DNA of 64,000 nucleotides from Escherichia coli (GTDB lineage Bacteria; Pseudomonadota; Gammaproteobacteria; Enterobacterales; Enterobacteriaceae): NCBI RefSeq assembly GCF_024502345.1, contig NZ_JALDNN010000001.1; one strand, 5' to 3'. Shown piece by piece: positions 52,747 to 64,000 of this stretch (position 1 is its first letter; each line of letters starts with the position of its first letter). The notes under the pieces were generated by a model. It saw only the letters and a program-made list of their open reading frames with translations, ran no database searches and was not told where the DNA came from. The position numbers and the translations under genes were made by a program.

Positions 52747-53879
52747 TTATCAATAACGTTAAACTGGTGCTGGAAAACGAAGTCGTACACGGTTCGCTGG
52801 AGATGCAGGACGGCGAAATCCGCGCCTTTGCCGAAAGCCAGAGCCGCCTGCCGGAGGCGATGGACGGCGAAGGCGGCTGGCTGCTGCCGGGGCTGATTGA
52901 GCTGCATACCGATAACCTGGATAAATTCTTCACCCCGCGCCCGAAAGTCGACTGGCCTGCCCACTCGGCGATGAGCAGCCACGACGCGCTGATGGTGGCG
53001 AGCGGCATCACCACCGTACTGGATGCCGTGGCAATTGGCGACGTGCGCGACGGCGGCGATCGGCTGGAGAATCTGGAGAAGATGATCAACGCCATCGAAG
53101 AGACGCAGAAACGCGGCGTCAACCGCGCCGAGCACCGCCTGCACCTGCGCTGCGAGCTGCCGCACCACACCACGCTGCCGCTGTTTGAAAAACTGGTGCA
53201 GCGCGAACCGGTGACGCTGGTGTCGCTGATGGACCACTCGCCGGGCCAGCGCCAGTTCGCCAACCGCGAGAAGTATCGCGAATATTATCAGGGTAAATAC
53301 TCGCTCACTGATGCGCAGATGCAGCAGTACGAAGAAGAGCAACTGGCGCTCGCCGCACGCTGGTCGCAGCCGAATCGCGAATCCATCGCCGCCGTGTGCC
53401 GCGCGCGAAAAATTGCGCTTGCCAGCCACGATGACGCCACGCACGCCCACGTTGCCGAATCCCACCAGCTTGGCAGCGTGATCGCCGAATTTCCCACCAC
53501 GTTTGAAGCAGCGGAAGCCTCGCGCAAGCATGGCATGAACGTGCTGATGGGCGCGCCAAATATCGTGCGCGGCGGTTCGCACTCCGGCAACGTGGCGGCC
53601 AGTGAACTGGCGCAGCTTGGCCTGCTGGATATCCTCTCTTCCGACTACTACCCCGCCAGCCTGCTGGATGCGGCGTTCCGCGTCGCCGATGACCAGAGCA
53701 ACCGCTTTACGCTGCCGCAGGCAGTGAGGCTGGTAACTAAAAATCCGGCGCAGGCGCTTAATCTCCAGGATCGCGGGGTGATTGGCGAGGGCAAACGCGC
53801 CGACCTGGTGCTGGCGCATCGCAAGGGCAACCACATTCATATCGACCACGTCTGGCGTCAGGGTAAAAGGGTGTTCTGA
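52743..53879 (+). CDS. phnM: Amidohydrolase-family PhnM (ribosyl-phosphonate triphosphate diphosphohydrolase)
   Basis: 378-aa ORF; operon position. Confidence 0.9.
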
Positions 53880-53881
53880 TA

Positions 53882-54436
53882 ATGGGAAAACTGATTTGGT
53901 TAATGGGGCCGTCCGGCTCCGGGAAAGACAGCCTGCTGGCGGAACTCCGCCTGCGGGAACAAACTCAGCTACTGGTGGCGCATCGCTACATCACGCGCGA
54001 CGCCAGCGCCGGAAGCGAAAACCATATCGCCCTGAGCGAGCAGGAGTTTTTTACCCGCGCGGGGCAAAACCTACTGGCCTTAAGCTGGCACGCTAACGGT
54101 CTGTATTATGGCGTCGGCGTCGAGATCGACCTCTGGCTGCACGCCGGATTCGACGTGCTGGTCAACGGCTCACGCGCCCATCTGCCGCAGGCGCGGGCGC
54201 GCTATCAATCGGCGCTGCTGCCCATCTGCTTACAGGTTTCGCCAGAGATCCTGCGACAGCGCCTGGAAAACCGTGGACGCGAAAACGCCAGTGAAATTAA
54301 CGCCCGGCTGGCGCGCGCTGCCCGCTATACTCCACAGGATTGCCATACGCTCAATAATGACGGTAGCCTGCGCCAGTCGGTCGACACGCTGCTGACGCTG
54401 ATTCATCAGAAGGAGAAACACCATGCCTGCTTGTGA
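53882..54436 (+). CDS. phnN: Ribose 1,5-bisphosphate phosphokinase PhnN
   Basis: 184-aa ORF with P-loop GPSGSGKDS. Confidence 0.9.
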
Positions 54437-54857
54437 GCTTCGCCCGGCCACGCAGTACGACACCGACGCGGTTTACGCGCTGATTTGCGAGCTAAAACAG
54501 GCGGAGTTTGACCACCACGCGTTTCGCGTGGGCTTTAACGCCAACCTGCGCGACCCGAACATGCGCTACCATCTGGCGCTGCTGGATGGCGAAGTTGTCG
54601 GCATGATCGGCCTGCATTTGCAGTTTCATCTGCATCATGTCAACTGGATCGGCGAAATTCAGGAGCTGGTGGTGATGCCGCAGGCGCGCGGCCTGAACGT
54701 CGGCAGTAAATTGCTGGCGTGGGCAGAAGAAGAAGCCCGCCAGGCCGGGGCCGAAATGACCGAACTTTCCACCAACGTGAAGCGCCACGACGCACACCGT
54801 TTCTATCTGCGCGAAGGCTACGAGCAGAGCCACTTCCGCTTCACGAAGGCGCTGTAA
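54423..54857 (+). CDS. phnO: Aminoalkylphosphonate N-acetyltransferase PhnO
   Basis: 144-aa GNAT-fold ORF. Confidence 0.9.
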
Positions 54858-54858
54858 C

Positions 54859-55617
54859 ATGAGCCTGACCCTCACGCTCACCGGCACCGGCGGCGCACAG
54901 GGCGTTCCGGCATGGGGCTGCGAGTGTGCGGCCTGCGCCAGAGCGCGGCGCTCGCCGCAGTATCGCCGCCAGCCGTGCAGCGGCGTAGTAAAGTTTAACG
55001 ACGCAATCACCCTGATCGACGCCGGGCTGCACGATCTCGCCGATCGCTGGTCGCCCGGTTCGTTCCAGCAGTTTTTGCTGACGCACTACCATATGGATCA
55101 CGTGCAGGGGCTATTCCCGCTGCGCTGGGGCGTGGGCGATCCGATCCCGGTTTACGGCCCACCGGATGAACAGGGCTGCGACGATCTGTTTAAACATCCG
55201 GGCCTGCTTGATTTTAGCCACACGGTGGAACCGTTTGTAGTGTTTGATTTGCAGGGATTGCAGGTCACGCCGCTGCCGCTCAACCACTCAAAACTGACCT
55301 TCGGTTATCTGCTGGAAACGGCACACAGCCGGGTGGCGTGGCTGTCTGACACCGCTGGCTTGCCGGAAAAAACGCTGAAATTTTTACGCAATAATCAGCC
55401 GCAGGTAATGGTGATTGATTGCAGCCACCCGCCGCGCGAGGATGCGCCACGTAATCACTGTGATTTAAACACCGTGCTTGCGCTGAATCAGGTTATCCGC
55501 TCGCCGCGCGTGGTTCTGACCCATATCAGCCACCAGTTTGATGCGTGGCTGATGGAAAACGCACTGCCGTCGGGGTTTGAGGCGGGGTTTGATGGGATGG
55601 AGATTGGGGTGGCGTGA
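54859..55617 (+). CDS. phnP: Metallo-beta-lactamase-fold phosphodiesterase PhnP
   Basis: 252-aa ORF with HYHMDH motif. Confidence 0.9.
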   Translation: MSLTLTLTGTGGAQGVPAWGCECAACARARRSPQYRRQPCSGVVKFNDAITLIDAGLHDLADRWSPGSFQQFLLTHYHMDHVQGLFPLRWGVGDPIPVYGPPDEQGCDDLFKHPGLLDFSHTVEPFVVFDLQGLQVTPLPLNHSKLTFGYLLETAHSRVAWLSDTAGLPEKTLKFLRNNQPQVMVIDCSHPPREDAPRNHCDLNTVLALNQVIRSPRVVLTHISHQFDAWLMENALPSGFEAGFDGMEIGVA

Positions 55618-55619
55618 TG

Positions 55620-55760
55620 AGAGGGAATGTGCGCGCTGGCCCCCTCACCCTAACCCTCTCCCCAGAGGGGCGAGGGGACCGATTGTGCTCGATATTGAAT
55701 ATTACGCTGGTTTTCTCCCTCTCCCCATTGGGGTGAGGGGCGATGCCTGCTCCATACCCA
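55620..55760. repeat. GC-rich palindromic intergenic repeat (core CCCTCTCCCCAGAGGGGCGAGGGG), two adjacent copies
   Basis: Core at 55654-55677 is the reverse complement of a near-identical 24-mer at 28638-28661; a second related copy lies at about 55711-55745. Confidence 0.5.
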
Positions 55761-55763
55761 ACC

Positions 55764-56093
55764 TCATCGCCCATACTCATCTTCCATTCTCCGCTCTTCA
55801 TCTTCTAGCTGCCGACGCTCCTGATCAAGCTGGCGCTGGCGATCGTCCAGCTGCCTGCGGCGATCTTCAAACTGGCGGCGGCGGTCGTCATATTGTCTGC
55901 GCCGATCGTCGCTCACTTCACGCTGCCAGCCGTCGTCGCGCGAATCTTCATAGTCTCGCCCACGGTCAGGGTTATAAGCGTCGTTAATCGCCTGCTGAAT
56001 ATTGCCAATGGTGTCGTCGATAATATCGGCCTGGGCCGGTACGGTGGTCAGCGTGAGCAGGGTGAATAAAAGAAATAGCGGAAAGCGTTTCAT
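55764..56093 (-). CDS. yjdP: Secreted Arg/Asp/Glu-rich repeat protein YjdP
   Basis: 109-aa ORF with signal peptide and repeated DDRRRQ/EDRRRQ motifs. Confidence 0.85.
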   Translation of the reverse strand: MKRFPLFLLFTLLTLTTVPAQADIIDDTIGNIQQAINDAYNPDRGRDYEDSRDDGWQREVSDDRRRQYDDRRRQFEDRRRQLDDRQRQLDQERRQLEDEERRMEDEYGR

Positions 56094-56161
56094 TAGCCAA
56101 CCTCAAAAAGAAACTCTATCCACATTAGTCATTACTCATCCATGCAAGTAGTGGATGAATC

Positions 56162-56479
56162 TCAATTTCTCCGCTGCTCTATTGCCGTAATCGCTTCCAC
56201 GCTTTGTTGATGACGACCGCCTTCGTACTGTGCGCCCAGCCACGCATCCACAATCATTTTTGCCAGTTCGAGGCCAACCACTCGTGAACCAAAAGCCAGT
56301 GCAACTTCACTGGCGTAATGCGGATAATCAGTGCGCTCTGACGACCTGGTTTCTTTATCAATCCCCTCACTCATTGACCATGAATAAAAGGCTGGCACAG
56401 CAACACAGAATCCTGCGGTGCCAGCGACATGACCGCCCATTGCTCCGGTACGTTTTTTAATAAAAAACACCGGTTGCAT
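56162..56479 (-). CDS. Short ORF of uncertain status; weak resemblance to the C-terminal motifs of PAP2-family phosphatases
   Basis: 105-aa ORF with GGH and YPHYASEV motifs loosely like PAP2 motifs 2/3; no first motif; may be a remnant or spurious. Confidence 0.25.
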   Translation of the reverse strand: MQPVFFIKKRTGAMGGHVAGTAGFCVAVPAFYSWSMSEGIDKETRSSERTDYPHYASEVALAFGSRVVGLELAKMIVDAWLGAQYEGGRHQQSVEAITAIEQRRN

Positions 56480-56731
56480 TGATTAATTGTGCTCAGTATT
56501 TGCCGAAGTACAATATATATAATAAATATATAAAACACCTCATATTATTTACAGAGATAATAAATTCGCGTACTTTTCCCTCTTCAGCACAAATGCCTAA
56601 TAAAATGGATCGTTCCGCTCACACTTCCACTTATTAAAGTCGCAATTTCCCAATTATGATAACGCCAGCTTTAAATGACGTATTTTGCATGGATTACATA
56701 TTTACGACATAAATGATAAATGGAGATTTAT

Positions 56732-58717
56732 ATGAATAACTCTCGGTTATTCCGTTTGAGCAGGATTGTTATTGCGTTAACTGCCGCCAGCGGCATGATG
56801 GTAAATACCGCTTACGCGAAAGAGGAAGCGAAAACCGCCACTCAATATACCCAACAGGTTAATCAGAATTACGCCAAATCATTACCGTTTAGCGATCGTC
56901 AGGATTTTGACGATGCCCAGCGTGGATTTATCGCCCCGCTGCTGGATGAAGGTATTCTGCGTGATGCGAACGGTAAAGTTTACTACCGCGCAGACGATTA
57001 CAAATTTGATATTAATGCCGCTGCGCCGGAAACCGTAAACCCCAGCCTGTGGCGTCAGTCGCAGATCAACGGCATTTCTGGCCTGTTCAAAGTCACCGAT
57101 AAAATGTATCAGGTGCGCGGCCAGGATATCTCTAACATTACGTTCGTTGAGGGGGAGAAAGGCATTATTGTCATCGACCCGCTGGTGACGCCGCCTGCCG
57201 CAAAAGCCGCACTTGACCTTTACTTCCAGCATCGTCCGCAAAAACCGATTGTTGCCGTTATCTACACTCACAGCCACACCGACCACTATGGTGGCGTGAA
57301 AGGCATTATCTCTGAAGCCGATGTTAAATCCGGCAAAGTACAGGTGATTGCCCCTGCTGGCTTTATGGACGAAGCCATCAGCGAAAACGTGCTGGCGGGT
57401 AACATCATGAGCCGCCGTGCGCTCTACTCTTACGGTCTGTTACTGCCACACAACGCGCAAGGCAACGTGGGTAATGGCCTTGGCGTGACGCTGGCAACGG
57501 GCGACCCGAGCATTATTGCACCGACTAAAACTATCGTCAGAACTGGCGAGAAGATGATTATCGACGGCCTGGAGTTTGACTTCCTGATGACCCCAGGTAG
57601 CGAAGCACCAGCCGAAATGCACTTCTATATTCCGGCCCTGAAAGCCCTGTGTACCGCCGAAAACGCCACGCATACCCTGCACAACTTCTACACTCTGCGC
57701 GGCGCGAAAACCCGCGATACCAGCAAGTGGACCGAGTACCTGAACGAAACGCTGGATATGTGGGGTAACGACGCGGAAGTGCTGTTTATGCCGCACACCT
57801 GGCCGGTCTGGGGCAATAAGCATATCAATGATTATATTGGTAAATATCGCGATACCATCAAGTATATTCACGATCAAACCCTGCATCTGGCGAACCAGGG
57901 CTACACCATGAATGAAATCGGCGACATGATTAAGCTGCCGCCTGCACTTGCCAATAACTGGGCCAGCCGTGGCTATTACGGTTCTGTCAGCCACAACGCC
58001 CGCGCGGTGTATAACTTCTATCTTGGCTATTACGACGGTAACCCGGCTAACCTGCATCCGTATGGTCAGGTAGAGATGGGCAAACGTTACGTGAAAGCGC
58101 TGGGCGGTTCTGCCCGTGTCATCAACCTGGCGCAAGAAGCGAACAAGCAAGGTGATTACCGCTGGTCGGCAGAACTGCTGAAACAGGTGATTGCCGCCAA
58201 CCCGGGTGACCAGGTCGCGAAGAATCTGCAAGCGAATAACTTTGAACAGCTGGGCTATCAGGCCGAGTCCGCCACATGGCGCGGTTTCTACCTGACCGGC
58301 GCGAAAGAGCTGCGCGAAGGGGTGCATAAGTTCAGCCACGGCACCACCGGTTCCCCGGACACCATTCGCGGAATGTCGGTCGAAATGCTGTTCGACTTTA
58401 TGTCCGTTCGCCTCGATAGCGAAAAAGCCGCGGGTAAAAATATCAGCCTGAACTTCAATATGAGCAACGGCGATAACCTCAACCTGACGCTGAACGATAG
58501 CGTGCTTAACTACCGTAAAACGCTGCAATCCCAAGCTGACGCCTCTTTCTACATCAGTCGTGAAGATCTGCACGCCGTGCTGACCGGACAAGCCAAAATG
58601 GCAGATCTGGTAAAAGCGAAGAAAGCCAAAATTATTGGCAATGGCGCGAAACTGGAAGAAATTATCGCCTGTCTGGATAATTTCGATTTGTGGGTGAATA
58701 TCGTAACCCCAAATTAA
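56732..58717 (+). CDS. yjcS: Putative alkyl/aryl-sulfatase YjcS (metallo-beta-lactamase fold)
   Basis: 661-aa ORF from ATG at 56732 (GGAG RBS), signal peptide, motif [11 protein letters not shown]. Confidence 0.9.
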   Translation: MNNSRLFRLSRIVIALTAASGMMVNTAYAKEEAKTATQYTQQVNQNYAKSLPFSDRQDFDDAQRGFIAPLLDEGILRDANGKVYYRADDYKFDINAAAPETVNPSLWRQSQINGISGLFKVTDKMYQVRGQDISNITFVEGEKGIIVIDPLVTPPAAKAALDLYFQHRPQKPIVAVIYTHSHTDHYGGVKGIISEADVKSGKVQVIAPAGFMDEAISENVLAGNIMSRRALYSYGLLLPHNAQGNVGNGLGVTLATGDPSIIAPTKTIVRTGEKMIIDGLEFDFLMTPGSEAPAEMHFYIPALKALCTAENATHTLHNFYTLRGAKTRDTSKWTEYLNETLDMWGNDAEVLFMPHTWPVWGNKHINDYIGKYRDTIKYIHDQTLHLANQGYTMNEIGDMIKLPPALANNWASRGYYGSVSHNARAVYNFYLGYYDGNPANLHPYGQVEMGKRYVKALGGSARVINLAQEANKQGDYRWSAELLKQVIAANPGDQVAKNLQANNFEQLGYQAESATWRGFYLTGAKELREGVHKFSHGTTGSPDTIRGMSVEMLFDFMSVRLDSEKAAGKNISLNFNMSNGDNLNLTLNDSVLNYRKTLQSQADASFYISREDLHAVLTGQAKMADLVKAKKAKIIGNGAKLEEIIACLDNFDLWVNIVTPN

Positions 58718-58725
58718 TGTCACTC

Positions 58726-58764
58726 GCTTTTGGGGGCCCTGAAGCCCCCAAAAGCATTTATTTT
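58726..58764 (+). terminator. Rho-independent terminator downstream of yjcS
   Basis: Hairpin gcttttgggggc cctgaa gcccccaaaagc followed by a T-rich tract. Confidence 0.65.
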
Positions 58765-58925
58765 AAAAATATATACAGCCAATTAATAAATAAAATATAT
58801 AAGTTATGAATGCGGTGGCTGAATAAAGCTATTTTTATTCATCGAGAAAATAGCCATACTGACGCCTTCAATGGATATTGATATTCACTACAGATATTGT
58901 TCGCAGCAGACAGGATGTATTTAAT

Positions 58926-59201
58926 ATGCCAACAGTTCTCTCTCGCATGGCGATGCAACTCAAAAAAACAGCCTGGATAATTCCCGTCTTCATGGTATCG
59001 GGATGCTCATTATCTCCGGCAATCCCGGTGATCGGCGCTTATTATCCCAGCTGGTTTTTCTGCGCCATTGCCAGCCTTATATTGACGCTCATCACGAGGC
59101 GAGTTATTCAGCGGGCAAATATCAAGCTGGCATTTGTCGGAATTATTTATACCGCCCTTTTTGCTCTCTACGCCATGCTGTTCTGGCTGGCATTTTTCTA
59201 A
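58926..59201 (+). CDS. ytcA: Small membrane lipoprotein YtcA
   Basis: 91-aa ORF MPTVLSRMAMQLKKTAWIIPVFMVSGCSL... upstream of mdtN. Confidence 0.8.
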   Translation: MPTVLSRMAMQLKKTAWIIPVFMVSGCSLSPAIPVIGAYYPSWFFCAIASLILTLITRRVIQRANIKLAFVGIIYTALFALYAMLFWLAFF

Positions 59202-59219
59202 TCTATTTGAGACGCGCTC

Positions 59220-60251
59220 ATGGAAAGTACGCCGAAAAAAGCTCCTCGCAGTAAATTCCCTGCTCTGTTAGTGGTTGCGTTGGCGCTGGTTGCCCTTGTT
59301 TTCGTTATCTGGCGCGTAGACAGTGCGCCATCAACTAATGACGCTTACGCGTCAGCAGATACCATTGATGTGGTGCCGGAAGTCAGCGGTCGCATTGTAG
59401 AACTGGCGGTCACCGACAACCAGGCAGTCAAACAGGGCGATTTGCTGTTCCGCATCGACCCGCGCCCGTACGAAGCCAATCTGGCGAAAGCCGAAGCCTC
59501 CCTCGCGGCGCTGGATAAACAAATTATGCTCACCCAGCGTAGCGTTGACGCGCAACAGTTTGGTGCCGACTCGGTTAATGCCACGGTAGAAAAAGCCCGT
59601 GCCGCCGCGAAACAGGCCACAGATACATTACGCCGCACCGAGCCATTACTGAAAGAAGGTTTTGTCTCAGCGGAAGACGTTGACCGTGCGAGGACCGCGC
59701 AGCGCGCCGCAGAAGCGGATCTTAATGCCGTATTGTTACAGGCGCAGTCAGCCGCCAGCGCCGTCAGCGGCGTGGATGCATTAGTTGCCCAGCGTGCGGC
59801 GGTCGAAGCGGATATTGCCCTGACCAAACTGCATCTGGAAATGGCGACCGTTCGCGCACCGTTTGATGGCCGGGTCATTTCCCTCAAAACCTCCGTCGGG
59901 CAATTTGCTTCTGCCATGCGCCCTATTTTTACCCTAATCGACACTCGTCACTGGTACGTGATCGCCAACTTCCGCGAAACCGATCTGAAAAATATTCGCT
60001 CAGGTACACCCGCAACGATTCGCCTGATGAGTGACAGCGGCAAAACTTTCGAGGGTAAAGTGGATTCAATTGGCTACGGCGTGCTACCGGATGACGGCGG
60101 CCTGGTGCTGGGCGGCCTGCCGAAAGTTTCTCGTTCTATTAACTGGGTCCGCGTTGCCCAGCGTTTTCCGGTCAAAATCATGGTTGATAAACCTGACCCG
60201 GAAATGTTCCGCATCGGCGCTTCGGCAGTCGCTAATCTTGAGCCGCAATAA
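59220..60251 (+). CDS. mdtN: Multidrug efflux membrane-fusion protein MdtN
   Basis: 343-aa HlyD-like ORF. Confidence 0.9.
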   Translation: MESTPKKAPRSKFPALLVVALALVALVFVIWRVDSAPSTNDAYASADTIDVVPEVSGRIVELAVTDNQAVKQGDLLFRIDPRPYEANLAKAEASLAALDKQIMLTQRSVDAQQFGADSVNATVEKARAAAKQATDTLRRTEPLLKEGFVSAEDVDRARTAQRAAEADLNAVLLQAQSAASAVSGVDALVAQRAAVEADIALTKLHLEMATVRAPFDGRVISLKTSVGQFASAMRPIFTLIDTRHWYVIANFRETDLKNIRSGTPATIRLMSDSGKTFEGKVDSIGYGVLPDDGGLVLGGLPKVSRSINWVRVAQRFPVKIMVDKPDPEMFRIGASAVANLEPQ

Positions 60252-62302
60252 TGAGCGCACTCAACTCCCTGCCATTACCGGTGGTCAGGCTGCTGGCGTT
60301 CTTTCATGAAGAGTTAAGCGAGCGGCGACCAGGTCGCGTGCCGCAGACCGTGCAACTCTGGGTAGGCTGCCTGCTGGTGATTCTGATCTCGATGACCTTT
60401 GAGATCCCTTTCGTGGCGTTATCGCTGGCAGTGCTGTTTTACGGTATTCAGTCGAACGCGTTTTACACCAAATTTGTGGCGATCTTGTTTGTGGTTGCCA
60501 CGGTGCTGGAGATCGGCAGCCTGTTTTTGATCTACAAATGGTCATACGGCGAGCCTCTGATCCGGCTGATCATCGCCGGACCGATCCTGATGGGCTGCAT
60601 GTTTTTGATGCGCACCCATCGGTTGGGGCTGGTCTTTTTCGCCGTCGCCATTGTCGCTATTTACGGGCAAACCTTCCCCGCCATGCTCGACTATCCGGAA
60701 GTGGTCGTGCGCTTAACCCTGTGGTGTATCGTTGTCGGCCTCTACCCGACGTTATTGATGACGTTAATCGGCGTGCTGTGGTTTCCCAGTCGTGCCATTT
60801 CGCAAATGCATCAGGTGCTTAATGATCGGCTTGATGATGCCATTAGCCACCTGACGGACAGCCTCGCACCGCTACCCGAAACGCGGATTGAAAGAGAGGC
60901 GCTGGCGCTGCAAAAACTCAATGTCTTTTGCCTCGCGGACGATGCCAACTGGCGAACTCAAAGCGCATGGTGGCAAAGCTGCGTGGCAACGGTAACCTAC
61001 ATTTACTCGACGCTGAATCGCTACGATCCCACCTCTTTTGCTGATTCTCAGGCAATTATTGAATTCCGACAAAAATTAGCTTCAGAAATCAACAAGCTGC
61101 AACATGCCATTGCCGAAGGTCAGTGCTGGCAAAGCGACTGGCGGATCAGTGAAAGTGAAGCGATGGCGGCACGGGAATGTAACCTGGAGAATATCTGCCA
61201 GACGCTGTTACAGCTTGGTCAGATGGACCCGAATACGCCGCCAACGCCCGCCGCCAAACCGCCATCAATGGTCGCCGATGCTTTTACCAATCCAGACTAT
61301 ATGCGCTACGCGGTAAAAACGCTGCTCGCCTGTTTGATCTGTTACACCTTCTACAGCGGCGTGGACTGGGAAGGCATTCACACCTGTATGCTGACCTGCG
61401 TGATCGTCGCTAACCCAAATGTCGGTTCGTCGTACCAGAAGATGGTGCTGCGTTTTGGCGGGGCCTTTTGCGGCGCGATTCTGGCGCTGTTATTCACGCT
61501 ACTGGTCATGCCCTGGCTGGACAATATTGTCGAATTACTGTTTGTGCTGGCACCGATTTTCCTGTTGGGCGCATGGATTGCCACCAGCTCTGAACGCTCT
61601 TCTTATATCGGCACACAGATGGTGGTCACCTTCGCGCTCGCCACGCTCGAAAACGTTTTTGGTCCGGTGTACGACCTGGTGGAAATTCGCGATCGCGCCC
61701 TGGGTATCATCATTGGTACCGTGGTGTCTGCGGTGATTTACACCTTTGTCTGGCCTGAAAGTGAAGCGCGCACACTGCCGCAAAAACTGGCCGGTGCGCT
61801 GGGTATGCTAAGTAAAGTAATGCGGATCCCACGCCAGCAGGAAGTCACGGCTCTGCGCACTTATCTGCAAATTCGTATAGGTCTGCATGCGGCGTTTAAT
61901 GCCTGTGAAGAGATGTGCCAACGCGTGGCGCTGGAGCGTCAACTGGACAGCGAAGAACGCGCCTTACTGATTGAACGTTCGCAAACGGTTATTCGTCAGG
62001 GCCGCGATCTTCTTCACGCCTGGGATGCCACCTGGAACTCGGCGCAGGCGCTGGATAACGCACTACAGCCGGACAGAGCAGGTCAGTTTGCCGACGCCCT
62101 GGAAAAATACGCTGCCGGTCTGGCAACCGCACTCAGCCGTTCTCCTCAAATAACGCTTGAAGAGACACCCGCCTCGCAGGCCATCCTGCCCACCTTATTA
62201 AAACAGGAGCAACACGTCTGCCAGCTTTTCGCCCGCTTGCCAGACTGGACAGCCCCGGCATTAACGCCCGCCACGAAACAGGCACAAGGAGCCACGCAAT
62301 GA
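60251..62302 (+). CDS. mdtO: Multidrug efflux inner-membrane protein MdtO
   Basis: 683-aa polytopic membrane ORF, translationally coupled to mdtN and mdtP. Confidence 0.9.
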   Translation: MSALNSLPLPVVRLLAFFHEELSERRPGRVPQTVQLWVGCLLVILISMTFEIPFVALSLAVLFYGIQSNAFYTKFVAILFVVATVLEIGSLFLIYKWSYGEPLIRLIIAGPILMGCMFLMRTHRLGLVFFAVAIVAIYGQTFPAMLDYPEVVVRLTLWCIVVGLYPTLLMTLIGVLWFPSRAISQMHQVLNDRLDDAISHLTDSLAPLPETRIEREALALQKLNVFCLADDANWRTQSAWWQSCVATVTYIYSTLNRYDPTSFADSQAIIEFRQKLASEINKLQHAIAEGQCWQSDWRISESEAMAARECNLENICQTLLQLGQMDPNTPPTPAAKPPSMVADAFTNPDYMRYAVKTLLACLICYTFYSGVDWEGIHTCMLTCVIVANPNVGSSYQKMVLRFGGAFCGAILALLFTLLVMPWLDNIVELLFVLAPIFLLGAWIATSSERSSYIGTQMVVTFALATLENVFGPVYDLVEIRDRALGIIIGTVVSAVIYTFVWPESEARTLPQKLAGALGMLSKVMRIPRQQEVTALRTYLQIRIGLHAAFNACEEMCQRVALERQLDSEERALLIERSQTVIRQGRDLLHAWDATWNSAQALDNALQPDRAGQFADALEKYAAGLATALSRSPQITLEETPASQAILPTLLKQEQHVCQLFARLPDWTAPALTPATKQAQGATQ

Positions 62303-63765
62303 TCAATCGTCAACTTTCACGTCTGCTGTTGTGCAGCATTCTCGGCAGCACGACGCTGATTTCCGGCTGTGCCCTGGTACGCAAGGATTCTGCGCCTCAT
62401 CAACAGCTCAAACCGGAACAAATCAAACTGGCCGATGATATTCATCTTGCCAGCTCCGGCTGGCCGCAGGCGCAGTGGTGGAAACAACTCAATGACCCAC
62501 AGCTGGATGCGCTGATCCAACGGACGCTAAGTGGTTCACACACCCTCGCCGAAGCGAAACTGCGGGAAGAAAAAGCGCAGTCCCAGGCCGATTTGTTAGA
62601 TGCCGGTTCACAATTACAGGTCGCAGCGTTAGGGATGCTCAACCGCCAACGCGTCTCGGCGAACGGCTTTTTAAGCCCTTATGCGATGGATGCGCCCGCA
62701 CTGGGTATGGACGGGCCGTACTATACGGAAGCCACAGTAGGTTTGTTTGCCGGACTGGATCTTGATTTGTGGGGTGTGCATCGCTCAGCGGTTGCCGCCG
62801 CCATTGGCGCGCATAATGCCGCGCTGGCAGAAACCGCAGCAGTAGAGCTATCGCTGACCACGGGCGTAGCGCAGCTTTATTACAGTATGCAGGCCAGCTA
62901 TCAGATGCTCGATCTGTTAGAACAAACTCGCGATGTGATTGATTACGCGGTGAAAGCGCACCAGAGTAAAGTGGCGCACGGTCTGGAAGCACAAGTGCCT
63001 TTCCACGGCGCGCGGGCACAGATTCTGGCGGTCGATAAACAAATTGCTGCCGTCAAAGGGCAAATCACCGAAACGCGAGAATCTCTGCGTGCATTGATTG
63101 GCGCGGGGGCCAGCGATATGCCGGAGATCAAACCGGTGGCATTACCACGAGTCCAGACCGGCATTCCGGCGACACTCTCTTATGAGTTGCTCGCCAGACG
63201 CCCGGATCTGCAAGCCATGCGCTGGTATGTTCAGGCGTCATTAGATCAGGTGGATTCCGCGCGGGCGCTGTTCTACCCGAGCTTTGATATCAAAGCGTTT
63301 TTCGGCCTTGATGCCATCCACCTGGATACCTTATTCAAAAAAACCAGTCGCCAGTTCAACTTCATCCCGGGTCTGAAATTGCCGCTGTTTGACGGTGGAC
63401 GGTTGAATGCCAATCTCGAAGGCACGCGCGCCGCCAGCAACATGATGATTGAACGTTACAACCAGTCAGTACTGAACGCGGTGCGTGACGTTGCCGTCAA
63501 CGGCACGCGTCTGCAAACGCTCAACGACGAGCGAGAAATGCAGGCTGAACGCGTGGAAGCAACGCGCTTCACCCAGCGCGCTGCCGAGGCCGCCTATCAG
63601 CGCGGCTTAACCAGCCGCTTACAGGCCACTGAAGCCCGGTTGCCAGTACTTGCCGAAGAGATGTCATTACTGATGCTGGACAGCCGCCGGGTGATCCAAA
63701 GCATTCAGTTGATGAAATCGCTGGGCGGCGGGTATCAGGCGGCTCCCGTCGTCGAGAAAAAATAA
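62299..63765 (+). CDS. mdtP: Outer-membrane efflux lipoprotein MdtP
   Basis: 488-aa ORF with lipoprotein signal (LISGCAL). Confidence 0.9.
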   Translation: MINRQLSRLLLCSILGSTTLISGCALVRKDSAPHQQLKPEQIKLADDIHLASSGWPQAQWWKQLNDPQLDALIQRTLSGSHTLAEAKLREEKAQSQADLLDAGSQLQVAALGMLNRQRVSANGFLSPYAMDAPALGMDGPYYTEATVGLFAGLDLDLWGVHRSAVAAAIGAHNAALAETAAVELSLTTGVAQLYYSMQASYQMLDLLEQTRDVIDYAVKAHQSKVAHGLEAQVPFHGARAQILAVDKQIAAVKGQITETRESLRALIGAGASDMPEIKPVALPRVQTGIPATLSYELLARRPDLQAMRWYVQASLDQVDSARALFYPSFDIKAFFGLDAIHLDTLFKKTSRQFNFIPGLKLPLFDGGRLNANLEGTRAASNMMIERYNQSVLNAVRDVAVNGTRLQTLNDEREMQAERVEATRFTQRAAEAAYQRGLTSRLQATEARLPVLAEEMSLLMLDSRRVIQSIQLMKSLGGGYQAAPVVEKK

Positions 63766-63962
63766 AATGTCTGCCGCGTGATGGCTGTCACGCGGTATTT
63801 CGTTTCGTCACGTCAAAACTGACGACAGCCTGTTTTTCGTCAGAGTTTTGAATAAATAGTGCCCGTAATATCAGGGAATGACCCCAAATAAAATGTGGCA
63901 TAAAAGATGCATACTGTAGTCGAGAGCGCGTATGCGTGATTTGATTAACTGGAGCGAGACCG

Positions 63963-64000
63963 ATGAAAAAAGTCGTCACGGTTTGCCCCTATTGCGCATC
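63963..64000 (+). CDS. fdhF: Formate dehydrogenase H, 5-prime end only (truncated by window edge)
   Basis: ATG at 63963 begins MKKVVTVCPYCA, the N-terminus of FdhF; expected position after mdtP. Confidence 0.7.
   Translation, partial: MKKVVTVCPYCA

Noticed and set aside
52566-53849. 427-aa ORF antisense to phnM (and similar antisense ORFs across the phn operon, e.g. 46595-47530, 45776-46453, 50427-51197, 51547-52191)
   Set aside because: All are fully nested in well-supported phn genes on the other strand; composition artefacts
57440-58723. 427-aa ORF antisense to yjcS
   Set aside because: Nested opposite the recognised sulfatase-like gene; no independent start signals

Overview
This window reads as an Escherichia coli / Shigella-type chromosomal segment in two parts; all gene identifications are by recognising the translated ORFs and motifs by eye, with no database search run. 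(1) Positions 1 to about 17,860 are the interior of a horizontally acquired CP4-like island: two HUH-motif YagK/YfjJ-like genes, decayed IS21-, IS3- and IS256-family remnants, an H-NS paralogue, a Mrr-type PD-(D/E)xK nuclease fusion, an AT-rich block with iteron-like repeats, two convergent unknown genes, then the classic YeeP-like GTPase / DUF905 / DUF932 / antirestriction / RadC / DUF987 / CbeA-CbtA toxin-antitoxin / YeeW block. (2) An intact IS1 (17862-18629) sits 75 bp upstream of dcuS with no target-site duplication. (3) Positions 18,705 to 64,000 are conserved backbone in K-12 gene order but inverted: dcuS-dcuR-dcuB-fumB-yjdF, melB-melA/melR, adiA-adiY-adiC, eptA-basR-basS (with pmrR), proP, yjcZ-crfC, phnA-yjdN, the complete phnCDEFGHIJKLMNOP operon with an apparently intact phnE, yjdP, yjcS, ytcA-mdtNOP and the first codons of fdhF. 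No rRNA, tRNA or CRISPR array was seen. The best candidates for undescribed biology are the convergent unknown gene pair at 8694-10432, the nuclease fusion at 5011-5889, the iteron-like array at 7820-8010 and the in-frame extension of the CbeA-type antitoxin at 14753-15784.
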